DNA of 64,000 nucleotides from an uncultured candidate division Zixibacteria bacterium (GTDB lineage: Bacteria; Zixibacteria; MSB-5A5; RBG-16-43-9): contig OY970208.1 of assembly GCA_963713865.1 (NCBI GenBank), forward strand, positions 2,144,001 to 2,208,000, in the 5' to 3' direction. The number at the start of each line of letters is the position of its first letter. Positions within the stretch are counted from its first letter, which is position 1. The notes under the pieces were generated by a model, which was not told where the DNA came from, searched no databases, and worked only from the letters and a program-made list of their open reading frames with translations. This document shows positions 23,698 to 34,302 of this stretch, one piece after another. The translations under genes were made by a program, and so were the position numbers.

Positions 23698-24000
23698 TCA
23701 CCATTTCATCAAATTTCCTTCATCCACGTTTGCGCTTTTTCTGTTTCTATAAAAAAGAATTATTATGGCTAAACCAACCCCAGCTTCCGCTGCCGCTACA
23801 GCCATCACTAAAAAGACTATCACCTGCCCGGATAATGAACCCATCTCCTTAGCAAAAGATACCAGGGCTAAGTTAGCTGCATTTAACATAAGCTCGACTG
23901 ACATAAAAACCACCAGCACGTTTCGTCTAATCAGAAAACCTAAAACTCCTATAGAGAAAAGGATTGCGCTTAACAGGATATAGTAAGAAACCGGGACCAT
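23698..24000 (-). CDS. nuoK: NADH-quinone oxidoreductase subunit K
   Basis: SVELMLNA and VAAAEA motifs. Confidence 0.95.
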   Translation of the reverse strand: MVPVSYYILLSAILFSIGVLGFLIRRNVLVVFMSVELMLNAANLALVSFAKEMGSLSGQVIVFLVMAVAAAEAGVGLAIIILFYRNRKSANVDEGNLMKW

Positions 24001-24001
24001 C

Positions 24002-24505
24002 CTACTCCTCCCTCTGGGCTAAAAAAATGGCACCCACCATAGCGATCAAAAGGAGCACTGAGGTTATCTCAAAAGGAAAAAGGTAATCAGAGAAAAGGAG
24101 TCTGCCGATAAGTTGAGGAGTGCCAAAATCTGCCTGTGATGATAAAACCTTTCCTGCCTTTCCCGAAATGGCATAATTCACAATGAGAAAAAGCTCAATC
24201 AGAAAAAGAGCCGAGAAAATCAGAGCGAAGAACCTCTGCAATTTCCTTTTTTCCGGACCGAACTCATCTTTTCTTAAGTTCAAAAGCATAATCACAAAAA
24301 GGAAAAGCACCATAATGGCGCCAGCATAGATAATCACCTGAATGAAAGCTAAAAAGAAAGCATCCTGAAGTATAAAAAGACCGGCTATGCTACCCAGGGT
24401 AATGATCAAAGACAGGGCAGAATAGACAGGATTTTTCTGCAGTATCACGCTTAAGGCGGAAACAACAGCCGCCAGACCAAAAATTATAAAGAAAGCCAAT
24501 TCCAT
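24002..24505 (-). CDS. nuoJ: NADH-quinone oxidoreductase subunit J
   Basis: [16 protein letters not shown] and FPFE motifs. Confidence 0.95.
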   Translation of the reverse strand: MELAFFIIFGLAAVVSALSVILQKNPVYSALSLIITLGSIAGLFILQDAFFLAFIQVIIYAGAIMVLFLFVIMLLNLRKDEFGPEKRKLQRFFALIFSALFLIELFLIVNYAISGKAGKVLSSQADFGTPQLIGRLLFSDYLFPFEITSVLLLIAMVGAIFLAQREE

Positions 24506-24508
24506 TTT

Positions 24509-24976
24509 CTAATCTATCTCCCCTCCGATAATCTTCTTTCGATTTTTCCTATCTCTGGGGAATAAAGACAAAAGCTTTTCTTTGCTGTATATGTAATTAA
24601 CACGGTTATCATAGATGAACTCATACTCCCTTCCCAGAAAGATCGCATTTTCCGGACAAGCCTCCTCACAATAACCGCAGAAAATACACCTCAGCTCATT
24701 TATCTCATATACCTTGGCTCGCCTTTCCCCTTTTTCATTCTCTTCACCCTCCATATAAATACATTCAGCCGGGCAGGCAGCCGCACAAAGTCCGCAGCAG
24801 ACGCATCTTTCCTTCCCATCTTCATACCGGGCTAAATAATGCAGACCCCGGTACCGGGGAAGCATCTCCCTTTTTTTCTTCGGGTACCTATCAGTAGTAG
24901 GAGGCTTGAAGATGTGCTTGAAGGTGACCGCAAGACCTTTCACCAATGCAATTATATATTTCACAAAATTAAACAT
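24509..24976 (-). CDS. nuoI: NADH-quinone oxidoreductase subunit I
   Basis: Two 4Fe-4S motifs, RCIFCGYCEEACP. Confidence 0.95.
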   Translation of the reverse strand: MFNFVKYIIALVKGLAVTFKHIFKPPTTDRYPKKKREMLPRYRGLHYLARYEDGKERCVCCGLCAAACPAECIYMEGEENEKGERRAKVYEINELRCIFCGYCEEACPENAIFLGREYEFIYDNRVNYIYSKEKLLSLFPRDRKNRKKIIGGEID

Positions 24977-24980
24977 AGAC

Positions 24981-25967
24981 CTATGCCATTATTATACCGG
25001 TTATAAATATATTAAAAAGAGCTAAAGGCAATAAGACCTTCCAGCCAAAATTCATCAACTGATCATATCTGAAACGGGGAACTGTTGCCCTGATCCAGAT
25101 ATATAGGAAAAGGAGTACGAAAACCTTTACGAAGAACCAGATAAAAGAAGGCAGGATCGGACCCTGCCATCCGCCTAAGAACAATGTTGTGGTAAGGGCC
25201 GAGATATTTATCATATTGCCATATTCACCTAAAAAGAACAGGGCGAATTTCATACTGGAGTATTCGGTGTAATATCCAGCTACCAGTTCATTTTCTGCCT
25301 CCGGCAGGTCAAATGGTGAGCGGTTATTATCTGCTATTCCGCAGATGAGAAAAATTATAAAACCAAGAGGTTGTCTGAAGATATACCAGTGGAAAAAACT
25401 ATCCTGTGATTTTACAATCTCCACCAGGTTCAAACTACCGGAGATCATCAAAAGCCCTATCAAAGAAAGACCCAAAGAGACCTCATAGCTTATCATCTGG
25501 GCAGTTGACCTGATCCCGCCTATAAGCGGGTATTTGCTGTTGGAGGACCAGCCAGCCAAGACTATCCCATAGATTGCTACAGAGAAGACTGCTAAGACAT
25601 AAAGTACACCTACGTTCAAGTCAGAGACCACCAACTCTATATCTTTCCCGAACAGTGTTATTTTATCTCCTATAGGAATTACCCCGAAAATGATAAAGGC
25701 TGGCACAAAGGTCAAAAGCGGAGCCAGAGTGTAGATCAGTTTAGATACAGAGGAAGGGGTAATATCCTCTTTGAATAAAAGTTTCAAACCATCTGCCATT
25801 GGCTGCAAAAGTCCATAGGGACCAACATACAGAGGTCCGAACCTCACTTGAAAATCACCTAAAAGCTTCCTTTCCAGCCAGGTAAGATAAGCCATCCCTA
25901 AAAGCCAGATGACAAAGAAGACTATAATTTTTATTAAAGTTATGATGATGAACTCAAGCATAATCAT
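24981..25967 (-). CDS. nuoH: NADH-quinone oxidoreductase subunit H
   Basis: LERK, GLLQPMADGLKL, AQMISYE and PFDLPEAE motifs. Confidence 0.96.
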   Translation of the reverse strand: MIMLEFIIITLIKIIVFFVIWLLGMAYLTWLERKLLGDFQVRFGPLYVGPYGLLQPMADGLKLLFKEDITPSSVSKLIYTLAPLLTFVPAFIIFGVIPIGDKITLFGKDIELVVSDLNVGVLYVLAVFSVAIYGIVLAGWSSNSKYPLIGGIRSTAQMISYEVSLGLSLIGLLMISGSLNLVEIVKSQDSFFHWYIFRQPLGFIIFLICGIADNNRSPFDLPEAENELVAGYYTEYSSMKFALFFLGEYGNMINISALTTTLFLGGWQGPILPSFIWFFVKVFVLLFLYIWIRATVPRFRYDQLMNFGWKVLLPLALFNIFITGIIMA

Positions 25968-28616
25968 CCAATCTTAGTCAATTTTACTCGATCAATAGAT
26001 TTATCTTTATCTAAAAGCAAATTCAACTTAATCTCTTTAAAATTCAAAGGGATAAAAACCGTACCTGGATTTAAAGAATCATCTGTTTTCAATCTCATCT
26101 TTATTTTCCCCTTTGATGATTCTACCCAGACCTCTTCTCCGTTTTTTAGATTTAATTTATCAGTATCCGAAGGGTTAATCTGGCAGAATCCTTCAGACAT
26201 AATTGAGCAAAGGTTTTCCGAGTAAGAAGTTAATCTCCCGGAGTGATTAGCTGAGGAACCGGTTATTAAAATAAACGGAAATTCGCTATCCTCTGGAATT
26301 TCCACAAAATCGACCAGTTCAAGCTCTGCCCCTTTGTTTAAGAAATTATCTGGCAGAAGCTCTTCAGTGCCTGAATCGTTGAGATTCAAACAGGGCCATT
26401 GCAATCCGCAGTTATCTAACCTGTCAGCTTTTATCCCTCCATATATGGGTGAAACCTGGGCTATCTCCTCAGTTATCTGGAAGGTCGAGGCATAATCCTG
26501 TTTAAACCCCATAAGCGATGAAAGCTCACAGATTATTTGCCAGTCGGGTTTGGATTGATGAAGCGAGACTAAAGCCCGATCAAGTTTCTGTACCCTTCTC
26601 TCGACATTGGTGAAGGTCCCGTCTTTCTCGGCAAAGCTGACTCCTGGAAGAACTACGTCCGCAGTTTTTGCGGTCTCCGAGAGAAAGATATCCTGAACCA
26701 CTAAAATATCCAACTTTTTCAGGGTTGATTCCACATAATCTCTATCCGGAAAATTTTCTACTGGATCTTCTCCCATTATATATAACCCTTTGATCTTCTG
26801 AGCATTGACAGCTAACAGAATCTCGGTAAAATTAAGACCTCTCTCTTTAGGTATCTGTGCATTCCAGATTTTCTCTAATCTTTCCCTGCCTACTTCGTCT
26901 TCAATAGGAATAAATCCCGGCAGTCTGTCCGGCAATACCCCCATATCCAGAGCACCCTGAGAGTTATTCTTCTCCCGGAGGAGATTAAATCCAGAGTGCT
27001 TTTCACCCCATTTCCCTATTAAGAGCAACAGATTATTCAGAGATTTTATCAGCCCCTCTGCCAGTGGACTCTGGTTAATCCATCTGCCGGAAAGGATAAT
27101 CAAGTTTTTTGAGCTGGCAGTTTTTCTGGCAAAATCCCTGATTTCTTCTTCAACTATCCCGGTAATTAGTGAAACTCTTGAGAGAGGATAATTTTCTACT
27201 CCTCTCTTCAGTTTTTCTATTTCTTTCTCCGCTACCTTTTTGGAATATAAATTTTCAGCTAATATGACATTCATCAGACCATTGATCAATATCCCTTCAG
27301 AACCGTATTTATAAATTAACTCCTTCTCTGCTAAAGGACTGAACTTTATCCTTTTTGGATTAGCAATTAAAAGGACTGACTCATTTTTACACACCGCTTT
27401 TCTAACCCTTAAACTTATTATGGGATGTTCTGAATTGAGGTCTGAGCCGAAGATTAAAATCGTTTTTGCTTTTTCTATCTCTTCTATGGAATTAGTCATG
27501 GTGTAGGATTTAGAATAATCAAAAAGACCGGGGCTTTCCAGAATCTTTTTGAAACTTACCCGGTGGTCTAAATTATTAGTTCCCAGAACCGTTCTGAAGA
27601 ATTTCTGGAAAGCATAGTTCCCTTCGTTCGTAGTTCTCTCCGATCCTATACCGGCTAAAGCTTTAGGACTAAATTTTTCTTTTATCTCCAAAAGCTTTGT
27701 TATAATATAACCGTAAGCCTTCTCCCAGGTTGTCTCCACTAATTTCCCGTCCTTTTTAATCAAAGGAGATTTAATCCTCTCAGGATGGTTAACCAGATCA
27801 TAACCCCATCTCCCTCTATCGCAGATGAACCCCTCATCTATTTTATCGTTCCTTCTGGAAGTCATTCGATAAAGCTTGTTCTGATCAACCCATAGAGTTA
27901 GATTACATCCATCCCCGCAAAAAGGACAGATGCTTTTTATCTTTTGAGTTTTCCAGAACCCTGATTTTATATCTAAAAGATTTAGCAGTTAATGCTCCAA
28001 CCGGGCAGATTTCCACAGTATTCCCGGAATAGATGTTAGTCACAGGTATACCCGGGAGAACATTTATCTCGCTTTTTGAGCCTCTTCTAAATGCCCCCAG
28101 ATCGTATTCGCCTGCTATCTCTTTCAAGAAACGGATACATTTTAAACAATAGATACAACGGTTCTGATTCCTGATTATCTGGGGACCGATTTTAAGGTCA
28201 TCAAAAGTAAAGTTTTTATCTACAATATACTTTCTCTTCTCCTCAACAAACCTGCTTCTATCAGAGCCATATTTGAAGGTGATATCCTGCAGGTCACATT
28301 CACCACCCTTATCACAGGTAGGACAATCCAGGGGGTGGTTAATCAGGAGTAATTCCACTATCCCTTTTCTGGCTTTAACTACCTGCGGGGTATTTGTTCT
28401 AACTGCCATTCCCTGAGCAGCCTGAGTATTACAGGCGATCTGCAGTTTGGGCCATTTCTCTATCTCTACCAAACAGATCCTGCACCCTCCTAAAATCTTC
28501 AACTTCTCGTGCCAGCAGAAAGTAGGGATTTCTATCCCGGCTTTTTTAGCTGCCTCCAAGATAGTTTTCCCTTCTTCTATCTCAACCAGTTTATCATCTA
28601 TAGTTAAACTAATCAT
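25964..28616 (-). CDS. nuoG: NADH-quinone oxidoreductase subunit G, apparent +1 frameshift at 27953-27959
   Basis: HPLDCPTCDKGGECDLQ; removing one base gives RYKIRVWKTQKIKSICPFCGDGC..., running into ORF 25964..27865. Confidence 0.92.
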
Positions 28617-28632
28617 CTCTTTATACTCTATC

Positions 28633-28710
28633 TGTCATTCTGAGCCCTAAGGGCGAAGAATCTGTAAGGATTCTTCGGTCGTCCCCGTAGGGAACTCCCT
28701 CAGAATGACA
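28633..28710. repeat. TGTCATT...AATGACA palindromic element (nuoF-nuoG junction)
   Basis: Terminal IR TGTCATTCTGAG/CTCAGAATGACA with internal GAAGAATC/GATTCTTC. Confidence 0.85.
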
Positions 28711-28721
28711 ATTTCTCTAGT

Positions 28722-29990
28722 TCACCTTTCCATTGGACATTTCTTATTTCTAATATGATATTCATACTCATCTCTGAAATATTGTAAAGAGCTGCTTATA
28801 GGAATCGTAACAGAATCACCTAAAGGACAGATGGTTTTTCCGAAAATATTATCGCACAAGTCTAATAGCAAATCGATATCCTCCATCCTTCCCTGTTCAT
28901 ATTCTATCCTTCTCATTATTCTGGAGAGCCAGTACGTCCCTTCCCGGCAGGGCGTGCATTCGCCGCAGGACTCCTCCTCATAGAATCTGACTAATCGATA
29001 AGTTGTTTTGACCATACAGGTATCCTCATCCATAACTATAACCGCGCCGCTACCTAACATCGAGCCTGCTTCGACCAAAGATTCAAAATCCAATTTCACC
29101 TCCACCTTACTTGCAGGTAAAATCTGGGTTGAAACACCTCCTGGTATAACTGCTTTGAGTTTTTTCCCATTTTTTATCCCGCCACCATATTCATAGATTA
29201 ACTCTTTCAAAGGTGTCCCCATCGGAAGCTCATAGTTGCCGGGTTTATTCACCTGACCGGACAGGCAGAAGATTTTTGTGCCGGTGCTCTTGGGAGTCCC
29301 GATTTTACTATACCACTCCGCACCGTTCAGGATAATATGAGGTACATTCGATAAGGTCTCTACGTTGTTTACCGCGCTGGGACAGGAATAACACCCGGAT
29401 ATTGCGGGATAGGGCGGCCTGAGCCTTACCAGAGGCCTTACCCCTTCGATTGATGATAAAAGGGAAGTCTCCTCTCCACAGATATAAGCTCCTCCGCCAC
29501 GATAGACTTTTATATCCAGATCATAACCTGTACCCAGTATATTTTTTCCTAAAAAACCTTTACTTTGTGCTTCATCTATGGCTTCCTCTAATCTTTTTGC
29601 TTCAAAAGCGAACTCACCCCGGATATAGATGAATGAAAGATGTGCACCGATGGCATAACTCCCGATAATAATCCCTTCTAACAGCTGGTGTGGATTCTTT
29701 GCCATTAATTCCCGGTCTTTGAAAGTTCCCGGCTCCCCTTCATCGGCATTGCAGAGTAAAAATCTGTTCTTGGGAGAATCCTTAGGTACAAATCCCCACT
29801 TCAGACCAGTTGGAAATCCTGCTCCACCCCTTCCTCTCAAACCCGATTTTTTAACTATATCTATTACTTGTCCAGGAGAAAGTTCTTTTAGGACTTTAGG
29901 AATTGCCTGATAACCACCGTTTTTAATATAGGTGTCAATTTTATACTGCTCAGGTTGATCGATATATTTAAAAAGAATCTTCTCTGGCAT
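28722..29990 (-). CDS. nuoF: NADH-quinone oxidoreductase subunit F
   Basis: GRGGAGFPTG, NADEGEPG, YICGEET and SCGECTPCREG motifs. Confidence 0.97.
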   Translation of the reverse strand: MPEKILFKYIDQPEQYKIDTYIKNGGYQAIPKVLKELSPGQVIDIVKKSGLRGRGGAGFPTGLKWGFVPKDSPKNRFLLCNADEGEPGTFKDRELMAKNPHQLLEGIIIGSYAIGAHLSFIYIRGEFAFEAKRLEEAIDEAQSKGFLGKNILGTGYDLDIKVYRGGGAYICGEETSLLSSIEGVRPLVRLRPPYPAISGCYSCPSAVNNVETLSNVPHIILNGAEWYSKIGTPKSTGTKIFCLSGQVNKPGNYELPMGTPLKELIYEYGGGIKNGKKLKAVIPGGVSTQILPASKVEVKLDFESLVEAGSMLGSGAVIVMDEDTCMVKTTYRLVRFYEEESCGECTPCREGTYWLSRIMRRIEYEQGRMEDIDLLLDLCDNIFGKTICPLGDSVTIPISSSLQYFRDEYEYHIRNKKCPMER

Positions 29991-29993
29991 AGT

Positions 29994-30464
29994 CTATTTA
30001 TGGGAAAGCTCATCCAAGAGCTTATCTATTTTTGCTTTAGAGAGGTTCTCGTAATATTCCTCATTTACCATCATAACCGGTGCAGTTCCGCAGGAACCAA
30101 GACATTCTACAGTTGAAAGGGTAAAAAGACCATCGAGCGTCGTCTGATTTACTTTTATTTTCAATTTCTCTTCTAAATATTTAATTAATTCTTCTGCACC
30201 TAAAAGGGAACAGGAAAGGTTATCGCATACCCTGATCCAGTATTTACCAATCTTTCCCACGGGGAAAAAGGTGTAAAAAGATGCCACCTCATAGATCTCT
30301 AAAATAGGAACCCCTAATAGCTCAGAGATCTTCTGCATCCCTCTCTCATCCAGATATCCCACCTCTTGATACAGGATATGGAAAGCTGGAAGGATAGCAG
30401 TTTTAACTTTGGGATATTTACATTTCAAACTGCGAATTTTTTCTTCTGTTTCTTTAGTCATCAT
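29994..30464 (-). CDS. nuoE: NADH-quinone oxidoreductase subunit E
   Basis: VCDNLSC...ECLGSC 2Fe-2S motif. Confidence 0.95.
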   Translation of the reverse strand: MMTKETEEKIRSLKCKYPKVKTAILPAFHILYQEVGYLDERGMQKISELLGVPILEIYEVASFYTFFPVGKIGKYWIRVCDNLSCSLLGAEELIKYLEEKLKIKVNQTTLDGLFTLSTVECLGSCGTAPVMMVNEEYYENLSKAKIDKLLDELSHK

Positions 30465-30559
30465 CTTTTTATTTTACATTTTTGTAGGGGCGAACCTACG
30501 TTTTCGCCCAAATTCACAGGCCAGACACACAGGTCTGCCACTACAATTTCATCTATCAA

Positions 30560-31156
30560 TCATTTAACCATCTGATTTGTCGTTCTTGAATTAAAAATCT
30601 CCTCTTCTAATCCATCTATGCCATCCCTTTCAGGATTTTCCCTGTCCAGATGCCAATTCAAGGGATTGGTTTGGATATAATATCTAATTTTGTTTAATTC
30701 ATCCTCATTTCGAACGACATGTTCGTAATAGTTCCTCTGCCATACCTGTAACCCTGGGGTTGAACGAATTTTATTTATTATCTTAGTTGTTTGATATTTA
30801 AAATAGGCTACTATCTGCCCCAATTTTGGTATTTGTAGGGGCGAGGTTTCCTCGCCCATGGGCGGGGTAACCCCGCCCCTACATTCGTTATTAATTACAA
30901 TAACTCCATGAATATGATTGGGCATAACCATAAACCAATCGCTTTCTATATTAAAAAAATGATTGGGTAACTCGTTCCATAATTGGTTAACAATTTTCCC
31001 ATATTTATTCAAAACTATTTCTTCTCTAAAAACATTTCCAAAAAATGATTCATGATTACGTGCACATACTGTAACAAAATATGCTCCATTTTGTGAATAA
31101 TCATAATCCTTTAACCTAATAGAATTGTATCTGGATTTTTCTAAATCATGTTTCAT
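30560..31156 (-). mobile_element. REP-associated tyrosine transposase (RAYT/TnpA-REP, HUH Y1) inside the nuo operon
   Basis: SIRLKDYDYS..GAYFVT, MPNHIH (HUH), WQRNYYEHVVRN, YI..NP; adjacent REP doublet at 30484-30544. Confidence 0.9.
30835..30882. repeat. GTAG REP doublet embedded in frame in the RAYT gene
   Basis: GTAGGGGCGAGGTTTCCTCGCCC-AT-GGGCGGGGTAACCCCGCCCCTAC, 48 nt. Confidence 0.9.
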
Positions 31157-31196
31157 TATTTGTAACTCTGCTACGAGCTACCTGCTAAAAGCTGTT

Positions 31197-32387
31197 TTAC
31201 CTATCTATTTCTCCTAACACGATATCTATACTCCCGATAATTGCCACCACATCAGCTATCAACCTACCAGTAACCAGTCTATTTAAAACACTTAAATTTA
31301 CAAATGAAGGAGGCCTTACTCTTACTCTATAGGGCTTGCTTGAGCCATCTGAAACAATAAAATAGCCCAATTCCCCTTTAGGCGATTCGATCGAGTGGTA
31401 AACTTCTCCTGCAGGAACCCGGAAACCCTCCTCCGCGATCTTGAAATGATAGATCAATGCCTCCATCTCTTTTTTCACTATCTCTTTGGGAGGATAGGTA
31501 ACTCCCGGGATTTTAGCAATATAATCACCTTGAGGAATACCATTTAAAGCCTGTTTGACGATTTTCAAAGACTGTCTCATCTCTTCGACCCTGATCAGGT
31601 ATCGATCATAAATATCTCCATTCTTACCAGTGGGAATATCGAACTCAAATTTTTCATAACCCGAATAAGGATTCGATTTCCTTAAATCCCATTTTAAACC
31701 ACATCCTCTTATAATAGGTCCAGAAAGGCCACAATTGAGAGCTTCTTCTATAGTAATAGTTCCAATTCCAACTGTTCTCTGGAGCCATAGTTTATTCTTG
31801 GTTAAAAGGTTCTCGTAATCCTGGACTTTCGAGGGAAAAACTTTTATGAACTCCTTGACTCTTCTTTCGAATTCGCCGGTTGAGGGTAAATCCCTGGCTA
31901 AGCCTCCAACCCTGAAATAAGAGGTCATCATCCTCTGCCCGGATACGGTCTCGAAGATATCCATAAGCATTTCCCGTTCACGGAAAGCATACAGGAGCAT
32001 TGAGAGTGCGCCAATATCTGCAGCATGGGAGCCAACCCAGACCAGATGAGATGCTATTCGAGTTAACTCAGTTAAAAGAACCCTTAGATATTGTGCCTTG
32101 GGCGGAGCTTCGACATCCAGCAACTTCTCCACAGCTAAGACATAACCCAGGTTATTAGAAAGATTAGCCACATAGTCAGTCCGGTCAAAAAGGGTTATAG
32201 CTTGAGAATAAGTTTTATATTCTGCCGTTTTCTCAATTCCGGTATGCAAATAACCAATGTCCGGGGTAGCTTTCACTACTGTCTCACCATCCAGCTCCAG
32301 AACAACCCTCAACACTCCATGAGTAGCCGGGTGCTGAGGACCCATATTCAGAATCATCGTATCCTGTTTTTTCCTTTTTATCTGCAT
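31197..32387 (-). CDS. nuoD: NADH-quinone oxidoreductase subunit D
   Basis: NMGPQHPATHGVLR, GYLHTGIEK and DIVLGEIDR; start uncertain because the upstream ATG at 32447 lies in a repeat end. Confidence 0.94.
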   Translation of the reverse strand: MQIKRKKQDTMILNMGPQHPATHGVLRVVLELDGETVVKATPDIGYLHTGIEKTAEYKTYSQAITLFDRTDYVANLSNNLGYVLAVEKLLDVEAPPKAQYLRVLLTELTRIASHLVWVGSHAADIGALSMLLYAFREREMLMDIFETVSGQRMMTSYFRVGGLARDLPSTGEFERRVKEFIKVFPSKVQDYENLLTKNKLWLQRTVGIGTITIEEALNCGLSGPIIRGCGLKWDLRKSNPYSGYEKFEFDIPTGKNGDIYDRYLIRVEEMRQSLKIVKQALNGIPQGDYIAKIPGVTYPPKEIVKKEMEALIYHFKIAEEGFRVPAGEVYHSIESPKGELGYFIVSDGSSKPYRVRVRPPSFVNLSVLNRLVTGRLIADVVAIIGSIDIVLGEIDR

Positions 32388-32441
32388 AATTTTGCTGTTT
32401 GTTTTTGCTGTTCGCCCTTTGCCTTTCGCTATTCGAGATTT

Positions 32442-32545
32442 TGTCATTCTGAAGGAGTCCGCCTTCGGCGGGACGACTGAAGAATCTGTCGCATTTAACC
32501 TTGAGAGAGATTCTTCGTCCGCATCTTGCGGGACTCAGAATAACA
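32442..32545. repeat. TGTCATT-family palindromic element (nuoC-nuoD junction)
   Basis: TGTCATTCTGA...GAAGAATC...GATTCTTC...TCAGAATAACA. Confidence 0.8.
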
Positions 32546-32596
32546 ATTCATTATTCCTTTTTCATTTTCCTTCTTTCATCTTACGTCTTACTTTTT

Positions 32597-33097
32597 TTAT
32601 TTTATGATTCTCGGAGGATTATCTTTATTATGGCTGAATGCAATCTCTTCAAAATTCAATGGATAATCTTTTCTTAAGGGATGCCCGACCCAGTCATCCG
32701 GCATAAGGATCCTCTGCAAATCAGGGTGATTATCGAACTTCACCCCGAACATATCGTAAACCTCCCTCTCCAGCCAGTTAGCTGCTTTCCAGATAGGGGT
32801 AACTGAATTAACCGATTCACCTCCAGATACTCTAATTTTCAGCCTTATTCTCCATCTGAAATGTAAGGAGTAAAGGTTATAGATGACCTCAAATCTTTTC
32901 TCTCTTTGAGGATAATCCACTCCACAGATATCAGACAAGAAATCATATTTTAACTCTGGCTCATCTTTTAAAAATTTACAGACTAAAAGCAGGTCTTCTT
33001 TCTTAATTTGAATCGAAACCTGCCCTCTATATTCAGTTACATCCAAAATTGAGTTGGGGAAATTCTGTTTTATTTTTTTTAGAGTAAGGTTTTCCAT
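32597..33097 (-). CDS. nuoC: NADH-quinone oxidoreductase subunit C
   Basis: WLEREVYDMFG and HPLRKDYP motifs. Confidence 0.96.
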   Translation of the reverse strand: MENLTLKKIKQNFPNSILDVTEYRGQVSIQIKKEDLLLVCKFLKDEPELKYDFLSDICGVDYPQREKRFEVIYNLYSLHFRWRIRLKIRVSGGESVNSVTPIWKAANWLEREVYDMFGVKFDNHPDLQRILMPDDWVGHPLRKDYPLNFEEIAFSHNKDNPPRIIK

Positions 33098-33103
33098 ATT
33101 ATC

Positions 33104-33613
33104 TTATGCTTTCTCTTTGAAATAACCCTGTTTTTTGACCTTTTCGTGCAGTTTCATAATCCCGTCTAAAAGCTGTTCCGGCCGTGGAGGGCATCCTGGT
33201 ACATATATATCAACCGGTATTATTTTATCCACTCCCTGAACGATAGCATAGTTATTGAACACGCCACCGCAGGAAGCACAGGCACCCATAGCAATCACCC
33301 ATTTGGGCTCAGGCATCTGGTTATATAATTGTCTTATAATCGGAGCCATCTTCCTGGATACCCTGCCAGCTACGATCATTAAATCAGCCTGCCGGGGCGA
33401 GGACCTGAAAATCTCCATCCCGAATCGGCCTAAGTCATACCGGGAGGCTGCGGTACACATCATCTCAATTGCACAGCAGGCAAGTCCGAATCCTAAAGGC
33501 CACATCGAGGATTTCCTTGACCAGCCTACCAGGCTATCCAGGGTAGATAAGATAATCCCATGAGGTATATGTTCTTCCTTTCCAGGGTTAAGGACCTTAT
33601 CATCTACTCCCAT
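33104..33613 (-). CDS. nuoB: NADH-quinone oxidoreductase subunit B
   Basis: GLACCAIEM and PGCPPRPE motifs. Confidence 0.96.
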   Translation of the reverse strand: MGVDDKVLNPGKEEHIPHGIILSTLDSLVGWSRKSSMWPLGFGLACCAIEMMCTAASRYDLGRFGMEIFRSSPRQADLMIVAGRVSRKMAPIIRQLYNQMPEPKWVIAMGACASCGGVFNNYAIVQGVDKIIPVDIYVPGCPPRPEQLLDGIMKLHEKVKKQGYFKEKA

Positions 33614-33960
33614 TTCAGTCCGCCTTTCTTGACTATATATATATAACCGATCAAAAGGACCAGTAAAAATATCCCCATTTCTATTAACCCGAAAATCTTT
33701 AACTCTTTGTAAATAACTGCCCAGGGGAATAAAAACGCAACCTCAACATCGAAAATTATAAAAAGAATAGCCACCATATAGAATTTAACCGGGAATCTCC
33801 CTCTGGCATCCTCTTCCGGGATATTTCCACATTCGTAAGGTAGAAGTTTTTCTTTGGAAGGCACCCTTTTCCCTATGAACCTTGAAAGAATAAGAATAGC
33901 CACCCCCACCCCCCCTACTATAACTATCAACAATGCTAAAGCGATATATGCGTTATACAT
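33604..33960 (-). CDS. nuoA: NADH-quinone oxidoreductase subunit A
   Basis: PYECG and [12 protein letters not shown] motifs. Confidence 0.96.
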   Translation of the reverse strand: MYNAYIALALLIVIVGGVGVAILILSRFIGKRVPSKEKLLPYECGNIPEEDARGRFPVKFYMVAILFIIFDVEVAFLFPWAVIYKELKIFGLIEMGIFLLVLLIGYIYIVKKGGLKWE

Positions 33961-33981
33961 AACTAAGGGTTTACATATATA

Positions 33982-34048
33982 TAACTGACCATAATTACTG
34001 GTCAGTTAAGATTGTGAAGATAATAACAAGTTAGTAAAAAGTTGTCAA
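33982..34048 (-). promoter_or_regulatory. nuo promoter with overlapping Rex-like site and a downstream inverted repeat
   Basis: TTGACA (34043-48)-17 nt-TATTAT (34020-25); TTGTGAA-GATA-ATAACAA (34012-29); TAACTGACC-N9-GGTCAGTTA (33982-34008). Confidence 0.55.
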
Positions 34049-34140
34049 TACAAATTTTGGTTAAGAATGTCATCCAAAGTATGAAAGGATTTATTAAAAC
34101 CTCTTGACAAAAAAACGGAATTATAATAGTTTTCTTTTGT

Positions 34141-34217
34141 TGTCATTCTGAAGGAGTCTCCTACGGGGACAACTGAAGAATCTGTAGATTTTTCACCCCC
34201 CTTGGTTCAGAACAACA
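34141..34217. repeat. TGTCATT-family palindromic element (degenerate)
   Basis: Shares TGTCATTCTGAAGGAGTC..GGAC.ACTGAAGAATCTGT with the 32442 copy. Confidence 0.75.
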
Positions 34218-34302
34218 AATCAGATGAAGGTATCTTCGGTAATCCGGGTTACCCTCAAGCTGGTTGATTCGAAAAGTTAACATCTTTACGCAGGAGAATA
34301 AA

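Noticed and set aside
13905-27959. Programmed ribosomal frameshifting at GTTCTGG
   Set aside because: The motif falls in different codon phases, is not a known slippery sequence, and the same heptamer is read normally in frame elsewhere (e.g. 3307, 27583, 32297, 41488).
13661-28616. Calling Rrf2, nuoN, nuoL and nuoG true pseudogenes
   Set aside because: Each has only one identical +1 lesion and no other visible decay, and the rest of the operon is intact; an artefact is more parsimonious.
30560-31156. Autonomous IS200/IS605 elements (also 61429-61875)
   Set aside because: The RL..YDY N-terminus, WQR.YY/FY.H motif and REP flanks indicate RAYTs; no tnpB is present.
32388-32447. N-terminal extension of NuoD (MTKSRIAKGKGR...)
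   Set aside because: The ATG is the end of a TGTCATT repeat and the extension runs through a heptamer tract; probably not coding, though not excluded.
34218-34270. Structured leader or riboswitch upstream of the AbfD-like gene
   Set aside because: Only a short GGTAAT-CCGG-GTTACC hairpin next to a repeat element; no recognisable aptamer.
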